Source: Candidatus Bathyarchaeota archaeon (lineage in GTDB: Archaea > Thermoproteota > Bathyarchaeia > Bathyarchaeales > Bathycorpusculaceae). From it: a stretch of 64,000 bases of DNA. The translations under genes and the position numbers were made by a program. Location: NCBI GenBank assembly GCA_963827165.1, contig CAWGZR010000005.1, forward strand, positions 864,001-928,000, in the 5' to 3' direction. How positions within the stretch are numbered: the stretch's first letter is position 1; each line of letters opens with the position of its first letter. Below, one piece after another: positions 10,903 to 21,510 of the stretch. The notes under the pieces are model-generated. The model had not been told where the DNA came from. It saw only the letters and a list, made by a program, of their open reading frames with translations, and did no database searches.

Positions 10903-11946
10903 TTAGGACTCCGAGTTTTCATATAACATTCTGTCTGCTAATTTGTGTCTAATATCTAAGAGGTCTCTTAAAACTGCACTGGCAGTCTCTATCCCTCCCG
11001 CACCCTTTCCAATAATGGTTTCTTCACCCGCATATTCAGTGTAAAAAGTAACTGCGTTCAATACTCCGCTGACGCATAAGGGACTGTTTTTCGCAATTTC
11101 CATAGGTTTAACTCTGGCCCCTTCACCGTCGATTGACCCTATAAGCTTGATTGTATTTCCCCTCTTTGAAGCCTCATCAAGAGCCTCAAGCGAAACATCC
11201 CGAATTCCCGTAATATCCACGTTTTTCAGGGTTATTTTCTTGTTCAATATCCAATTTGCCAAAATGACCACTTTGCAGGCGGCGTCGAAACCGTCAACAT
11301 CCATTGACGGTTCCCGCTCGGCGTAACCTAGTTTCTGTGCGTTGGTCAGGGCTTCTTGGAAGGTTAAGCGATTTTGAGCCATTTCAGTTAGAATGTAGTT
11401 GGTTGTCCCGTTCAATATGCCCCTTATGGCAAGGATTTTGTCTCCTGCCAGACATCGTTTGGCAAATTCTAAGACGGGTGTTCCGCCGCCGACGGTTCCG
11501 CTGAATCTAAGATAAACATTATTGTATTCCGCTAGTTCCGTGAGGGCTGGCATTGCTAAGGCTAATGGGCCTTTGTTTGTGGTGACAACATGTTTTCCCG
11601 TTTTGAAGGCTTTGATAATGTGGGACAGAGCTGGTTCAGCGTTCTTTATGTTGACGGGAGTTACTTCAACAACAACTTCTGCTTCGACCGAGTCGATAAC
11701 ATCTAGAACCGGCATCCCGGGATGGCCATACTCGGGGTCTTTAGATATGGGAAACCCCATTTGTCTAATTTCACCCAGTTTTTCAGGGCTTAACCCCTTT
11801 GTGTTTATGACTGCACCGTCTATGTCAGCTATAGCGACGATTTTTGGGTTAAACCCATAATCCTTCGCGTTTTCTTCGTATCTTTTCGCAAGAATTGCCG
11901 TTACGCTTTTCCCAACGACACCGAAGCCAACTAAGATAATCCTCAT
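10903..11946 (-). CDS. hom: homoserine dehydrogenase
   Basis: GFGVVG, HVVTTNKGP, GILNGTTNYIL, DVDGFDAACK and GAGGIETA motifs. Confidence 0.96.
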   Translation of the reverse strand: MRIILVGFGVVGKSVTAILAKRYEENAKDYGFNPKIVAIADIDGAVINTKGLSPEKLGEIRQMGFPISKDPEYGHPGMPVLDVIDSVEAEVVVEVTPVNIKNAEPALSHIIKAFKTGKHVVTTNKGPLALAMPALTELAEYNNVYLRFSGTVGGGTPVLEFAKRCLAGDKILAIRGILNGTTNYILTEMAQNRLTFQEALTNAQKLGYAEREPSMDVDGFDAACKVVILANWILNKKITLKNVDITGIRDVSLEALDEASKRGNTIKLIGSIDGEGARVKPMEIAKNSPLCVSGVLNAVTFYTEYAGEETIIGKGAGGIETASAVLRDLLDIRHKLADRMLYENSES

Positions 11947-11950
11947 TTTT

Positions 11951-13198
11951 TCACCTTGTAAGAATGACTCTTTGTTTCAACCCCAATGCTCGTTCGATAG
12001 CCAACATGTCTGCATCGACCTCAACTGGTTTTTCACATTGCTTTATGGCGGTGTCTGGGTCTTTTAACCCGTGTCCCGTTGTTATGCAGACAACCCGCTC
12101 ATCTTTGCTTATGACGCCATTCTTAACCAGCTTCACCAATCCGGCGATTGAAGATGCGCTTGCAGGCTCCACGAAGATTCCCTCAATTCTCGCCAGCATT
12201 TTCTGGGCATCCAATATTTCGTCGTCGGTGACGGTTTCAGCTGTGCCATGGCTCTCTCGGATGGCGTTGACGGCTTTTTTCCAGCTTACTGGGGCACCAA
12301 TTCGGATAGCTGTGGCGACTGTTTCGGGATGCTCAACAGGGATGATTTTGTCGCTGTTGGTTTTGATTGCTTGTGCGATGGGTGCTGAGCCAGCTGCTTG
12401 TATTCCCGTCATTTTCGGCAGTTTCTTTATGAGTCCAAGTTCGTGGAATTCACTTAAGCCTTTCCAGACGGCGCTTATATTGCCAGCGTTGCCGATGGGT
12501 ATGATGATTCTATCTGGAACTTCATAATTTAGCTGCTCGCAGATTTCGTACCCTAACGATTTTTGTCCTTCAATTCGGAATGGGTTAATTGAGTTAAGCA
12601 GGTAAATGCTCTTGTGCTTCTCAGCCAACTTTAGAACAAATTCTAAGGATTGATCAAAGTTTCCGTGGACTTGCAAGACTTTGGCGCCGTGAATCATGGC
12701 TTGCGCCAATTTGCCATATGCAATCTTGCCTGAAGGAATCAAAACAGTGCATTTTATTCCTGCCCTTGCTGCGTATGCTGCTAAACTGGCGCTGGTATTT
12801 CCCGTTGAAGCGCAAATCACGTGTCTGGCTCCAAGCTCAACGGCTTTTGTAACGCCAACGGTCATGCCTCGATCTTTGAAGCTGCCCGTTGGGTTCTCGC
12901 CCTCGTTTTTAACGTAAACTTCCTTAAGTCCAGCTTCTTCTCCCAAATGTTGAGAACGATGCAAACCAGTACCTCCTTCGCCAAGAGTGACAATATGTGC
13001 GGTTTCATGTATGGGCATGAAGTCGCGGTACCGCCAAACGGACAGGGGCTTTGTTTTCCAGTCGCTGCTTTTGAGGGTTTGCGCTAACTCTTTAAGATCA
13101 AATTTTATCTCGAGTATATCTCCGCATTTCTTGCAGAAATATAAGATTTCGTCAATGTCGTATCTTGTTTTGCAATTAATACATTCTTGATGTACCAT
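11951..13198 (-). CDS. thrC: threonine synthase
   Basis: N-terminal CxxC/CxxC, NPTGSFKDRG PLP lysine, ASTGNTS, EPAS and TGHGLKD motifs. Confidence 0.96.
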   Translation of the reverse strand: MVHQECINCKTRYDIDEILYFCKKCGDILEIKFDLKELAQTLKSSDWKTKPLSVWRYRDFMPIHETAHIVTLGEGGTGLHRSQHLGEEAGLKEVYVKNEGENPTGSFKDRGMTVGVTKAVELGARHVICASTGNTSASLAAYAARAGIKCTVLIPSGKIAYGKLAQAMIHGAKVLQVHGNFDQSLEFVLKLAEKHKSIYLLNSINPFRIEGQKSLGYEICEQLNYEVPDRIIIPIGNAGNISAVWKGLSEFHELGLIKKLPKMTGIQAAGSAPIAQAIKTNSDKIIPVEHPETVATAIRIGAPVSWKKAVNAIRESHGTAETVTDDEILDAQKMLARIEGIFVEPASASSIAGLVKLVKNGVISKDERVVCITTGHGLKDPDTAIKQCEKPVEVDADMLAIERALGLKQRVILTR

Positions 13199-13372
13199 TT
13201 TTCTAGCCCCTCAGCTAAACAAGCAACGAAGGCTGAGCTGAACTATCTGCTTAGACATTATTAATTTTGTTGCTTCCGCCTTCGTGTTATGTCTTTTTGA
13301 AGAACGCTAATTCCTAAGCAAGATTACCCTTATTCAAACCTATGACCTGAAAGCTTTAATTATAAACACTTT
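13199..13372 (-). promoter_or_regulatory. promoter and structured 5' leader of thrC-hom-lysC
   Basis: GGAAAGTG-TTTATAAT BRE/TATA-like box at about 13374-13359; several complementary segments in the leader (see findings). Confidence 0.5.
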
Positions 13373-13510
13373 CCATTGTCCCATCAAAAGTTATTATCTT
13401 TTCGGTGATGCTTCTCAGTCCTATCGGGTATATCCTGGGAAAATATAGGCTGAAAGGCAGTTGAGCTTCTTCAGGCCCGGGTAAACCGACATGTCCCAGT
13501 TAATTGAGTC

Positions 13511-14089
13511 CTATCCCACAAGGTTAGATAAGGTTTCGTAGACTTTCAAGCTGTCTTTTTTCTCGATGACAATGATTGTTTCAGTCCAGCAGGAAATGAA
13601 CTCCACGATGTTAACGCTTTGCTCAGCCAAAAGTGTTGCGATGAAGGCAACAACTCCAGGAGTCGCCTCCAGTTCCTCTGGCGAGTGCACCACTATCATC
13701 GTGCAATTGTCATGTTTCATAAGGGCGTTTATGCGTTCAGGTAACTCGCTTCTATCGATCAGGTATACAAATTTATCCAACAAATCCACTTTCATACCCG
13801 TCTTGGAATTAAGCTCTTTGCTCGTTATCATGACGGATTTCCGGTCATAAACCGCTATGCTGCTCCGCTTAAGAAGGAGAATAACCTTTTCTTCTCTTTT
13901 TTGCTTGTGCCTTTGCAGTTCCTCGGAATAACGGCGCAGGGCGGCTTTTATCGCGCTTGAATCATTTGTTCCTAGCTCTTTCTGTATCAATCTTGCTAGC
14001 TCGCTGAGGTTCACGATGCCTTTTTCGAGTGCTTCCAGTAAGTATGGCTTATTTTTTAGGTAATTTCTGACTCTTTGAGCTACGCTCAT
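13511..14089 (-). CDS. putative amino-acid-responsive regulator (N-terminal helical/HTH region, C-terminal ACT domain)
   Basis: GIVNLSELARLI...AIKAALRRY and TPGVVAFIATLLAEQSVNIVEFISCWTE; lies between the thr and arg operons. Confidence 0.75.
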   Translation of the reverse strand: MSVAQRVRNYLKNKPYLLEALEKGIVNLSELARLIQKELGTNDSSAIKAALRRYSEELQRHKQKREEKVILLLKRSSIAVYDRKSVMITSKELNSKTGMKVDLLDKFVYLIDRSELPERINALMKHDNCTMIVVHSPEELEATPGVVAFIATLLAEQSVNIVEFISCWTETIIVIEKKDSLKVYETLSNLVG

Positions 14090-14214
14090 GCTACCCCCAG
14101 ATGTATCAAATGGGACATTTAAGTTTTATTAAGTAACAAAAAAGTCACAAGGTTTAAGAAGACAGGGTTCGAGGTAAGGGAAACAGTTTAAGCCAAAAAA
14201 ATGGGGGAGCAAAA

Positions 14215-15444
14215 ATAACCGAAAAAATAGTGTTAGCTTACTCAGGCGGATTAGACACATCTGTGCTCATCAAGTATCTCCAAGAAAAATATGATGCACA
14301 AGTTATAACGGTAACAGTTGATGTTGGCCAACAAGAAGATTTGAAAGCTGCTGAGGACAAAGCCAAGAAACTCGGGGTGTTGAAGCATTTTTCTATAGAT
14401 GCGAAAGATGAGTTCGCAAAAGACTACATTTTCCCTGCGATAAAAGCCAACGCTCTATATGAGGGAAAGTACCCGATAAGTACGAGCCTCTCGCGTCCCC
14501 TCATAGCGGTAAAGATGGTTGAAGTGGCTGAGAAAGAAGGTGCAACAGCTTTGGCTCATGGATGTACGGGAAGAGGGAACGATCAAGTGCGCTTCGACAT
14601 TACGCTTGGCTCCTTGGCGCCTGACAGAAAAATCATTGCTCCGGTTCGCGAATGGGGAATGACCCGCGAAGAAGAGATAGCTTACGCAAAAACAAGGGGC
14701 ATCCCAGTCTCCAACGCAGCGAAAAAATACAGCATAGACGCAAGCGTCTGGGGAAGAGCGATCGAATGCGGGTTGCTCGAAGACGCAAGTCAAGAACCCC
14801 CAGAAGATGCCTATGAATGGACGGTTTCTGCTGAAAAAGCTCCGAGTAAACCTGAGTTTGTCACTATAACATTTGAGACTGGTGTTCCTGTAGCGATCAA
14901 TGGGAACGCAATGTTGCCGTTGGAACTTGTAGAGGAAATGAACAGGATTGCAGGGAGAAATGGAGTTGGCCGAATAGACCACATTGAAGACCGCCTCGTC
15001 GGCATAAAATCAAGAGAAGTCTACGAATGTCCGGCGGCGACCGTGATTTTGGAGGCACACAAAGACCTTGAAAAAATGGTTATGACTCGTCACCAAGTTC
15101 TGTTTAAGCAACAAGTTGACGCAGAATGGGTTTTCTTAGCTTACGCTGGTTTATGGGTTGACCCATTAAAGGATGATTTGGACGCTTTCATAAATAAGTC
15201 TCAGGAAAACGTGACTGGAGAAGTCAGACTCAAACTGTATAAAGGCGGCATGCAAGTTGTGGGTCGCTCTTCGGCTATGTCGTTGTACGACAAAAACTTG
15301 GCTAACTACAACATAAAAACTTCGTTTAACCAGTCGTACTCCAAAGGCTTTATTGAACTGTGGGGGCTTCAAACAAGAATGTTCAATGCCCTCAAAAAAA
15401 CCACCAAAAAAGCAGTTGAGACGAAAGAGAAACCCGAACGCTAA
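14215..15444 (+). CDS. argG: argininosuccinate synthase
   Basis: KIVLAYSGGLDTS, AHGCTGRGNDQVRF and GIKSREVYECP motifs; start uncertain (ATA 14215 after GGGGGAG, or GTG 14230). Confidence 0.96.
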   Translation: MTEKIVLAYSGGLDTSVLIKYLQEKYDAQVITVTVDVGQQEDLKAAEDKAKKLGVLKHFSIDAKDEFAKDYIFPAIKANALYEGKYPISTSLSRPLIAVKMVEVAEKEGATALAHGCTGRGNDQVRFDITLGSLAPDRKIIAPVREWGMTREEEIAYAKTRGIPVSNAAKKYSIDASVWGRAIECGLLEDASQEPPEDAYEWTVSAEKAPSKPEFVTITFETGVPVAINGNAMLPLELVEEMNRIAGRNGVGRIDHIEDRLVGIKSREVYECPAATVILEAHKDLEKMVMTRHQVLFKQQVDAEWVFLAYAGLWVDPLKDDLDAFINKSQENVTGEVRLKLYKGGMQVVGRSSAMSLYDKNLANYNIKTSFNQSYSKGFIELWGLQTRMFNALKKTTKKAVETKEKPER

Positions 15445-15453
15445 ACATCAAAA

Positions 15454-16986
15454 ATGGAGAACAAAGAAGTGTCGAAGATACTGCATGGTGGGCGACTGTC
15501 GTCTGTCCGTGAAGACGTAGCGAAATTTACTTCTTCCAGAAAAGACGACGAACGTTTGGCTACAGTTGTTGTCGACATCAACATAGCTCATGTTATAATG
15601 CTGATAGAGCAGAAAATAATTCAGCCACATGAGGGATCAAAAATCCTCAAAGCCCTCCTGAACCTCTCCACCATGTCGTTTGATCCGATGGCAGAGGATG
15701 TTCATATGGCGATTGAAGAAGCCGTTCTAAAAGAGACAGGACCCGAAGTCGGCGGAAACCTTCATATTGCGAAAAGCCGAAACGACCAAGTGACAACAGC
15801 CATTCGCATGCAGCTTCGAAACGAGCTTGTGGTGCTAATGCTTCAGGTGCTTCAGATGGAGGATAGCCTTCTGAAAACCGGAGATAAACATGTGAACACG
15901 GTTATTTTGGAGTACACTCACCTGCAGGCAGCGCAACCCGTCACCTTCGCCCACTACTTGCTATCATACGTTCAAGCTTTAGAACGCGATTTGAATCGTC
16001 TACGGCAAGTTTACGAACGGGTTAACCTGTGTCCTCTTGGGGCTGGAGCATTGGCGACAACAAGTTTTCCAATAAACCGTGAAAGGACGGCCGACCTCTT
16101 AGGCTTCAATTCAGTGCTGGAAAACTCGATTGATGCAGTAGGCAGCCGAGATTTCATTCTCGAAACCCAATCAGTTCTCACAATGTGCGCAGTAAACTTG
16201 AGCCGTCTCGCAGAGGATTTGATAGTTTGGAGTTCACAAGAATTCGGTACCGTTGAGTTGCCTGACGAATTCACGTCTACAAGCAGCATGATGCCGCAAA
16301 AGAAGAACCCCGAGGTGCTTGAAATAATCCGTGCACGAGCAAGCCATGCGATTGGCGATTTCGTAGCTTCAGCTTCAGCCCTCAAAAGCCTCCCGACGGT
16401 GTACAACCTTGATTTTCAAGAAGTAACACCAAAACTTTGGGCTTCGATAAACAACATCGATGCTTCACTCGCAGTATTCGCGCCACTCATTGAGAATTTG
16501 AAGGTGTCTTCAAACGTTGAAAACAAGGCAGCTTCGGGTTTCGTTGGTGCAACGGAACTAGCGAATATGCTTGTACAGAAGTATAATGTGGCGTTCCGTA
16601 CTTCGCACAAGATTGTGGGAGCTCTTGTCAAGTTGTTGGCTGATTCAAAGAAAACCCTGATGGATGCGACGCCGCAGATGCTTTCTGCGATAGCCAAGGA
16701 AGTCGGGGGTGTGAACTTATCAGTCAAAGTAGAAGACATGGCTGATTGTTCAAATCCGCATAAACTAGTCGAAACCTATAAAGTGCTTGGCGGACCTTCA
16801 GCCGTCGAGGTTCAAAGAGCCATAAAAAACCACAAGAAAAACATGGTAGATACCAAAAGCGACATAGTTAAACTTAAAAAGAACCTTGCAGATGCACAAA
16901 GAAACCTTAACAGTGTCGCTGAATCTTACGCTTCAAATGCTGAGCGAATAACTGAAAACGTAAGATTTAAAAATTCAAACTTATAG
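15454..16986 (+). CDS. argH: argininosuccinate lyase
   Basis: EDVH, SRNDQV, YTHLQAAQP and STSSMMPQKKNP motifs. Confidence 0.96.
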   Translation: MENKEVSKILHGGRLSSVREDVAKFTSSRKDDERLATVVVDINIAHVIMLIEQKIIQPHEGSKILKALLNLSTMSFDPMAEDVHMAIEEAVLKETGPEVGGNLHIAKSRNDQVTTAIRMQLRNELVVLMLQVLQMEDSLLKTGDKHVNTVILEYTHLQAAQPVTFAHYLLSYVQALERDLNRLRQVYERVNLCPLGAGALATTSFPINRERTADLLGFNSVLENSIDAVGSRDFILETQSVLTMCAVNLSRLAEDLIVWSSQEFGTVELPDEFTSTSSMMPQKKNPEVLEIIRARASHAIGDFVASASALKSLPTVYNLDFQEVTPKLWASINNIDASLAVFAPLIENLKVSSNVENKAASGFVGATELANMLVQKYNVAFRTSHKIVGALVKLLADSKKTLMDATPQMLSAIAKEVGGVNLSVKVEDMADCSNPHKLVETYKVLGGPSAVEVQRAIKNHKKNMVDTKSDIVKLKKNLADAQRNLNSVAESYASNAERITENVRFKNSNL

Positions 16987-16987
16987 G

Positions 16988-18146
16988 TTGAATAGGGCTT
17001 TGGTCCCACAACATAGCACGTTCGAAAAAAGTAAAAAAGCGATTCTGCTTCTCGAAGACGGAACGTCATTTGTCGGAAAAGGTTTTGGCGCAACTGGAAA
17101 AATCTCCGGTGAAGTAGTTTTCTCAACTCAGATGGTTGGTTATCCAGAGGCATTGACTGACCCCTCGTATAAAGGTCAAGTTTTAAACCTAACTTATCCA
17201 TTGATAGGCAACTATGGCGTGCCATCAAATGAGCTGAACCGTGGGCTGCCGCTTTACTTTGAATCAGACCATATTCAAGTTCAAGGATTAATTATCCACG
17301 AGTTGTGCCACAAACCTTTCCATTGGGCATCAACAAGAACTCTGGACACATGGTTGCTTGACGAGGGTGTTCCCGGAATCTACGGCGTAGACACTTAGAC
17401 GCCTAACAAAAAAGCTAAGAACACATGGAGTAATGCTCGGCGTTCTGCAGGTTTTCGAGGAGGGTCAAGAGATAGATTTTGATGCCGTGTTAAAGGATGG
17501 GAAAAATATTGCAGACCCTAACTTGGCCGACTTAGTTAAGGAAGTGTCTGTTAAGAAACCCGTCAAGTACGGCTCAGACGGCAAAAAAACAGTTGTTTTA
17601 ATTGACTGCGGAGTAAAAAACAGCATTATTCGCAACCTTCTTAAACGCAACATAAACGTGGTTCGAGTGCCTTATGACACTTCAGCCAGCGAAGTTTTAG
17701 CTTACAACCCTGACGGTGTCTTCCTCAGTAACGGGCCAGGTGACCCAAAGAAATGCGTAAAAACAATCGACTGCGTCCGAGAAGTTGTCGATAAAGTTCC
17801 TTTCATGGGCATCTGTCTTGGTGCGCAAATCCTCGCGTTGGCTCTGGGTGGAGATACATACAAGTTGAAGTTTGGTCACCGTGCTCAAAACCAACCTGCC
17901 CTCGATGTGAGCAGTCAACGGTGCTACATCACCACTCAAAACCACGGTTATGCGGTTGACATTGAATCCCTCAAAAAGACGCCGCTTGAAACTTGGTTCC
18001 TCAACGCCAACGACAAAACGACCGAAGGCGTCAAACATAGAAGTAAACCTGTCTTCGCGGTTCAGTGGCACCCTGAGGCTTCGCCGGGACCTTACGATAC
18101 CGAACTGCTGTTTGACAAGTTCGCAAAAACCCTGGAGGCTCCGTAG
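16988..18146 (+). CDS. carA: carbamoyl-phosphate synthase small subunit, split by a one-base insertion at about 17396
   Basis: GEVVFST, LTDPSYKGQ, GVDT(R), SNGPGDP, GICLG and QWHPEASPGP motifs; removing one T from GACACTTAGACG restores DTRRLTKKLR. Confidence 0.94.
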
Positions 18147-21100
18147 ATGCCAAAGTTTGACTGGATCAAGAAGGTTCTAGTTCTTGGAAGCGGCGCTATA
18201 AAAATCGGTGAAGCTGCCGAATTTGACTATTCGGGAAGCCAATGCCTCAAAGCCCTACGGGAAGAAGGCATCGAAACCGTATTGGTTAACCCTAACATAG
18301 CGACTATTCAAACTGATCCTAGGCTTTCAGGAAAAGTGTACCTTTTGCCGGTTACACCTGAATACGTTGAAAGAGTAATTGAGAAAGAACGGCCCGACGG
18401 CATCTTACTGGGTTTCGGAGGGCAAACCGCGCTTAACTGCGGGGTTGAACTTGATAAAAAAGGTATCCTGCAAAAATACAACGTCAAAGTCCTTGGCACA
18501 CCTATACACTCAATTGAAGACACGGGCGACCGTGAACGGTTCCGTCAGGCGATGCTTAAAGCAAATGTTCCGCCTCTTAACAGCAAGTCAGCTACAAGCG
18601 TTAAGCAAGCGTTGGAAGTGGCAGATGAAATCGGGTACCCAGTTATCGTCCGTGTAGCCTACACTTTAGGCGGCAAGGGCGCTGGTGTAGCCCGCAGCCC
18701 TGAGGAATTAAAGGAAACAGCCACCAGGGGTTTGGCTCAGAGTCGAATCTGCCAGATTCTTATTGAAGAGTACGTTGGGCACTGGAAGGAAGTCGAGTAC
18801 GAGGTTATGCGTGACTACGCAGATAACTGCTTAACCGTCTGCAACATGGAGAACTTTGATCCGATGGGCGTTCACACAGGCGACTCTATCGTTGTGGCGC
18901 CGTCGCAGACCATGAGCAACCGTGAATACCATCTTATCCGCTCGACCTCCATAAACGCTATACGCGCCTTGGGCATAGTGGGCGAATGCAACATACAATG
19001 GGCTCTGCATCCAAAATCTGAAGAGTATCGCGTAATCGAAGTCAACTCACGCATGTCTCGAAGCTCGGCGCTTGCTAGTAAAGTCACTGGTTACCCATTA
19101 GCCTACATAGCCACAAAACTAACGTTGGGTTACCTGCTTCCTGAACTAATAAACAAAGTAACTGAAGTCACAACAGCATGCTTTGAGCCCGCTTTGGATT
19201 ACATAACCGTGAAGATTCCGCGTTGGGACCTTCAGAAATTCAAGAACGCTGACCGTCACGTTGGTCCGCAGATGCGTTCCGTAGGCGAAGTGATGGCTAT
19301 TGGTCGCTGCTTTGAAGAGGCGTTGCAGAAAGCCGTTCGCATGCTCGACACGGGAAAAGTGGGCTTAGTGTGCAACCCTGAGGATTCGGAGCCTGAAAGC
19401 GAAGCGCGGATACGCGACGCTGTCGAGAACCCCACTGACGAAAGACTCTACAAACTTGTTAAAGCCTTGAAAATGGGGATTTCAATTGCCGAAATCTACC
19501 GTTTAAGCGGAGTAGATCCTTTCTTCCTCTACAAAATCCAAAACATTATCGATATGGAGACACATTTGAGGCAGCTGAATTTGGCCGAAGGTTATGCTCC
19601 TGAGGTGGTTCGTGAGGCTAAGCGGTTGGGCTTCTCTGACGAGCAGATAGCGCTGTGTCAGAAAACTGATGAATCAACAATTCGATCCTACAGGAAAAGC
19701 GCAAACATATTACCAGTTATTAAGCAGATCGACACGTTGGCGGCTGAGTGGCCGGCGAAGACAAATTACCTCTACCTAACTTACGGCGGAGACGAAGATG
19801 ACATAGAGCTGAAGAGCGGTGTTAGCAAAGTTATCGTGTTAGGCGCCGGTGTCTTCCGTATAGGTTCAAGCGTGGAGTTCGACTGGTGCGGAGTCAATAC
19901 AATTTGGGCTCTTAAGAAAAACGGTATCCAAGAAGCGATAATGGTTAATTACAATCCTGAAACTGTCTCCACAGACTACGACGTTTCCGACAAACTTTAC
20001 TTTGAAGAGCTTTCAACCGAACGCATATTGGATATTTACGAGAAAGAGAACCCAATGGGCGTCATTACAAGCGTCGGTGGACAGATCCCCAACAACTTGG
20101 CACTGGAGCTCTCGAAGAGAGGCGTCAAGCTCCTGGGCACTTCGGCTGAAAACGTCGATTTGGCCGAGGACCGCTCAAAATTCAGCGCGCTTCTTGACCA
20201 ACTTCAGATTTGCCAGCCTGGCTGGAGCAAACTTCTCTCGATTAGTGAGGCTAAGCGGTTTGCAGAAAAAATCGGTTACCCCGTTCTTGTGCGTCCGAGC
20301 TACGTGCTGTCTGGTTCCGCCATGCGCGTGGCTTACAACGAGACGGCGCTTGAGAACTTTCTCAAGTTGGCTGCGAAGGTTTCGCGTGACCACCCGGTTG
20401 TAATCAGCAAATTCATAGATCACGCTAAAGAAGTTGAAGTCGACGGGGTTTCAGACGGCGAAAACGTTCTAATCGGCGCTATCATGGAGCATGTGGAGTA
20501 CGCTGGCGTTCATAGCGGCGATGCCACCATGACTATACCGCCTCAAGCCTTGAAACTTGAGGTTCAGCAGAACATCGCCAACTGCACCGAGCGGATTGTG
20601 CGGGCGCTTAACATCCATGGACCCTACAATATCCAGTACCTTGTCAAAGACGACATCGTTAACGTTATCGAATGCAACTTACGTGCGTCACGGTCAATGC
20701 CGTTTGTCAGCAAAACCCGCGGTATAAACCTCATTGAAATCGCGACTTTGGCGATGCTGGGCAAAAAGATAGATTTCTTAAAGTTGTCCCCTATGACCGT
20801 CACTAAGCATGTGGGCGTGAAGGTTCCACAGTTCAGCTTTATGCGCCTGAGCGGCGCCGACCCCGTTTTAGGGGTGGAAATGCTCAGCACAGGTGAGGTG
20901 GCGTGTCTTGGCGAAAACTTCTCCGATGCCTTTTCGAAGGCTTTGCGGTCCGCGGAATTCAGCATTCCCGATAGGGACGGGGTCGTTTTCATAAGTGTGG
21001 GCGGTAGTATCGAACGTAAAAGGCGGGTCGTTCCGATTGCGCAAGCTTTCGTGGAGTTGGGCTTTAAGATTTACGCGACGGATCACACGGCTGACGTTCT

Positions 21101-21422
21101 TATCGAGTCAGGCGTCGCCGCAGCTAAGCTCTTCAAAGTAAAAGAGGCCGGTGCCACCCCAAACGTCATGGATTACTTGCAAGAACGTAAAATCGACTTG
21201 GTAATCAATGTGCCTATGGCTAATCGGCAGACCAGCATTAGCGACATCTTAACCGACGGATACATTATCCGTCGTCAAGCAGTTGAATTCAACGTTCCCG
21301 TTATCACCAACTTGCAACTCGCCGCCGCCCTCGTCGACGTGATGAAGCATAGAAACAAGAATGGCACCACCATCCGCAGCCTAAACGAGTACATGGATGA
21401 CTTGCCCTGGAAAATGTGGTAG
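18147..21422 (+). CDS. carB: carbamoyl-phosphate synthase large subunit
   Basis: GSGAIKIGEAAEFDYSG, GVHTGDS, duplicated ATP-grasp halves, C-terminal MGS-like domain. Confidence 0.97.
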   Translation: MPKFDWIKKVLVLGSGAIKIGEAAEFDYSGSQCLKALREEGIETVLVNPNIATIQTDPRLSGKVYLLPVTPEYVERVIEKERPDGILLGFGGQTALNCGVELDKKGILQKYNVKVLGTPIHSIEDTGDRERFRQAMLKANVPPLNSKSATSVKQALEVADEIGYPVIVRVAYTLGGKGAGVARSPEELKETATRGLAQSRICQILIEEYVGHWKEVEYEVMRDYADNCLTVCNMENFDPMGVHTGDSIVVAPSQTMSNREYHLIRSTSINAIRALGIVGECNIQWALHPKSEEYRVIEVNSRMSRSSALASKVTGYPLAYIATKLTLGYLLPELINKVTEVTTACFEPALDYITVKIPRWDLQKFKNADRHVGPQMRSVGEVMAIGRCFEEALQKAVRMLDTGKVGLVCNPEDSEPESEARIRDAVENPTDERLYKLVKALKMGISIAEIYRLSGVDPFFLYKIQNIIDMETHLRQLNLAEGYAPEVVREAKRLGFSDEQIALCQKTDESTIRSYRKSANILPVIKQIDTLAAEWPAKTNYLYLTYGGDEDDIELKSGVSKVIVLGAGVFRIGSSVEFDWCGVNTIWALKKNGIQEAIMVNYNPETVSTDYDVSDKLYFEELSTERILDIYEKENPMGVITSVGGQIPNNLALELSKRGVKLLGTSAENVDLAEDRSKFSALLDQLQICQPGWSKLLSISEAKRFAEKIGYPVLVRPSYVLSGSAMRVAYNETALENFLKLAAKVSRDHPVVISKFIDHAKEVEVDGVSDGENVLIGAIMEHVEYAGVHSGDATMTIPPQALKLEVQQNIANCTERIVRALNIHGPYNIQYLVKDDIVNVIECNLRASRSMPFVSKTRGINLIEIATLAMLGKKIDFLKLSPMTVTKHVGVKVPQFSFMRLSGADPVLGVEMLSTGEVACLGENFSDAFSKALRSAEFSIPDRDGVVFISVGGSIERKRRVVPIAQAFVELGFKIYATDHTADVLIESGVAAAKLFKVKEAGATPNVMDYLQERKIDLVINVPMANRQTSISDILTDGYIIRRQAVEFNVPVITNLQLAAALVDVMKHRNKNGTTIRSLNEYMDDLPWKMW

Positions 21423-21510
21423 TTTGAGTGCGTATTTTCTCAGGGTTTCTTCGAAATTTTTTTGTTTGTGTTTTGGTTTGCTTTTTTGGTTTGGGCCTTG
21501 GATCTGTTGC

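Noticed and set aside
13377-14117. Shared TGTCCCAT 8-mer in the thr and arg promoter regions
   Set aside because: A single 8-mer match between two intergenic regions is compatible with chance
17390-17435. In-frame TAG in carA as pyrrolysine or stop readthrough
   Set aside because: The downstream half is in a different frame; deleting one T restores DTRRLTKKLR, so this is an indel
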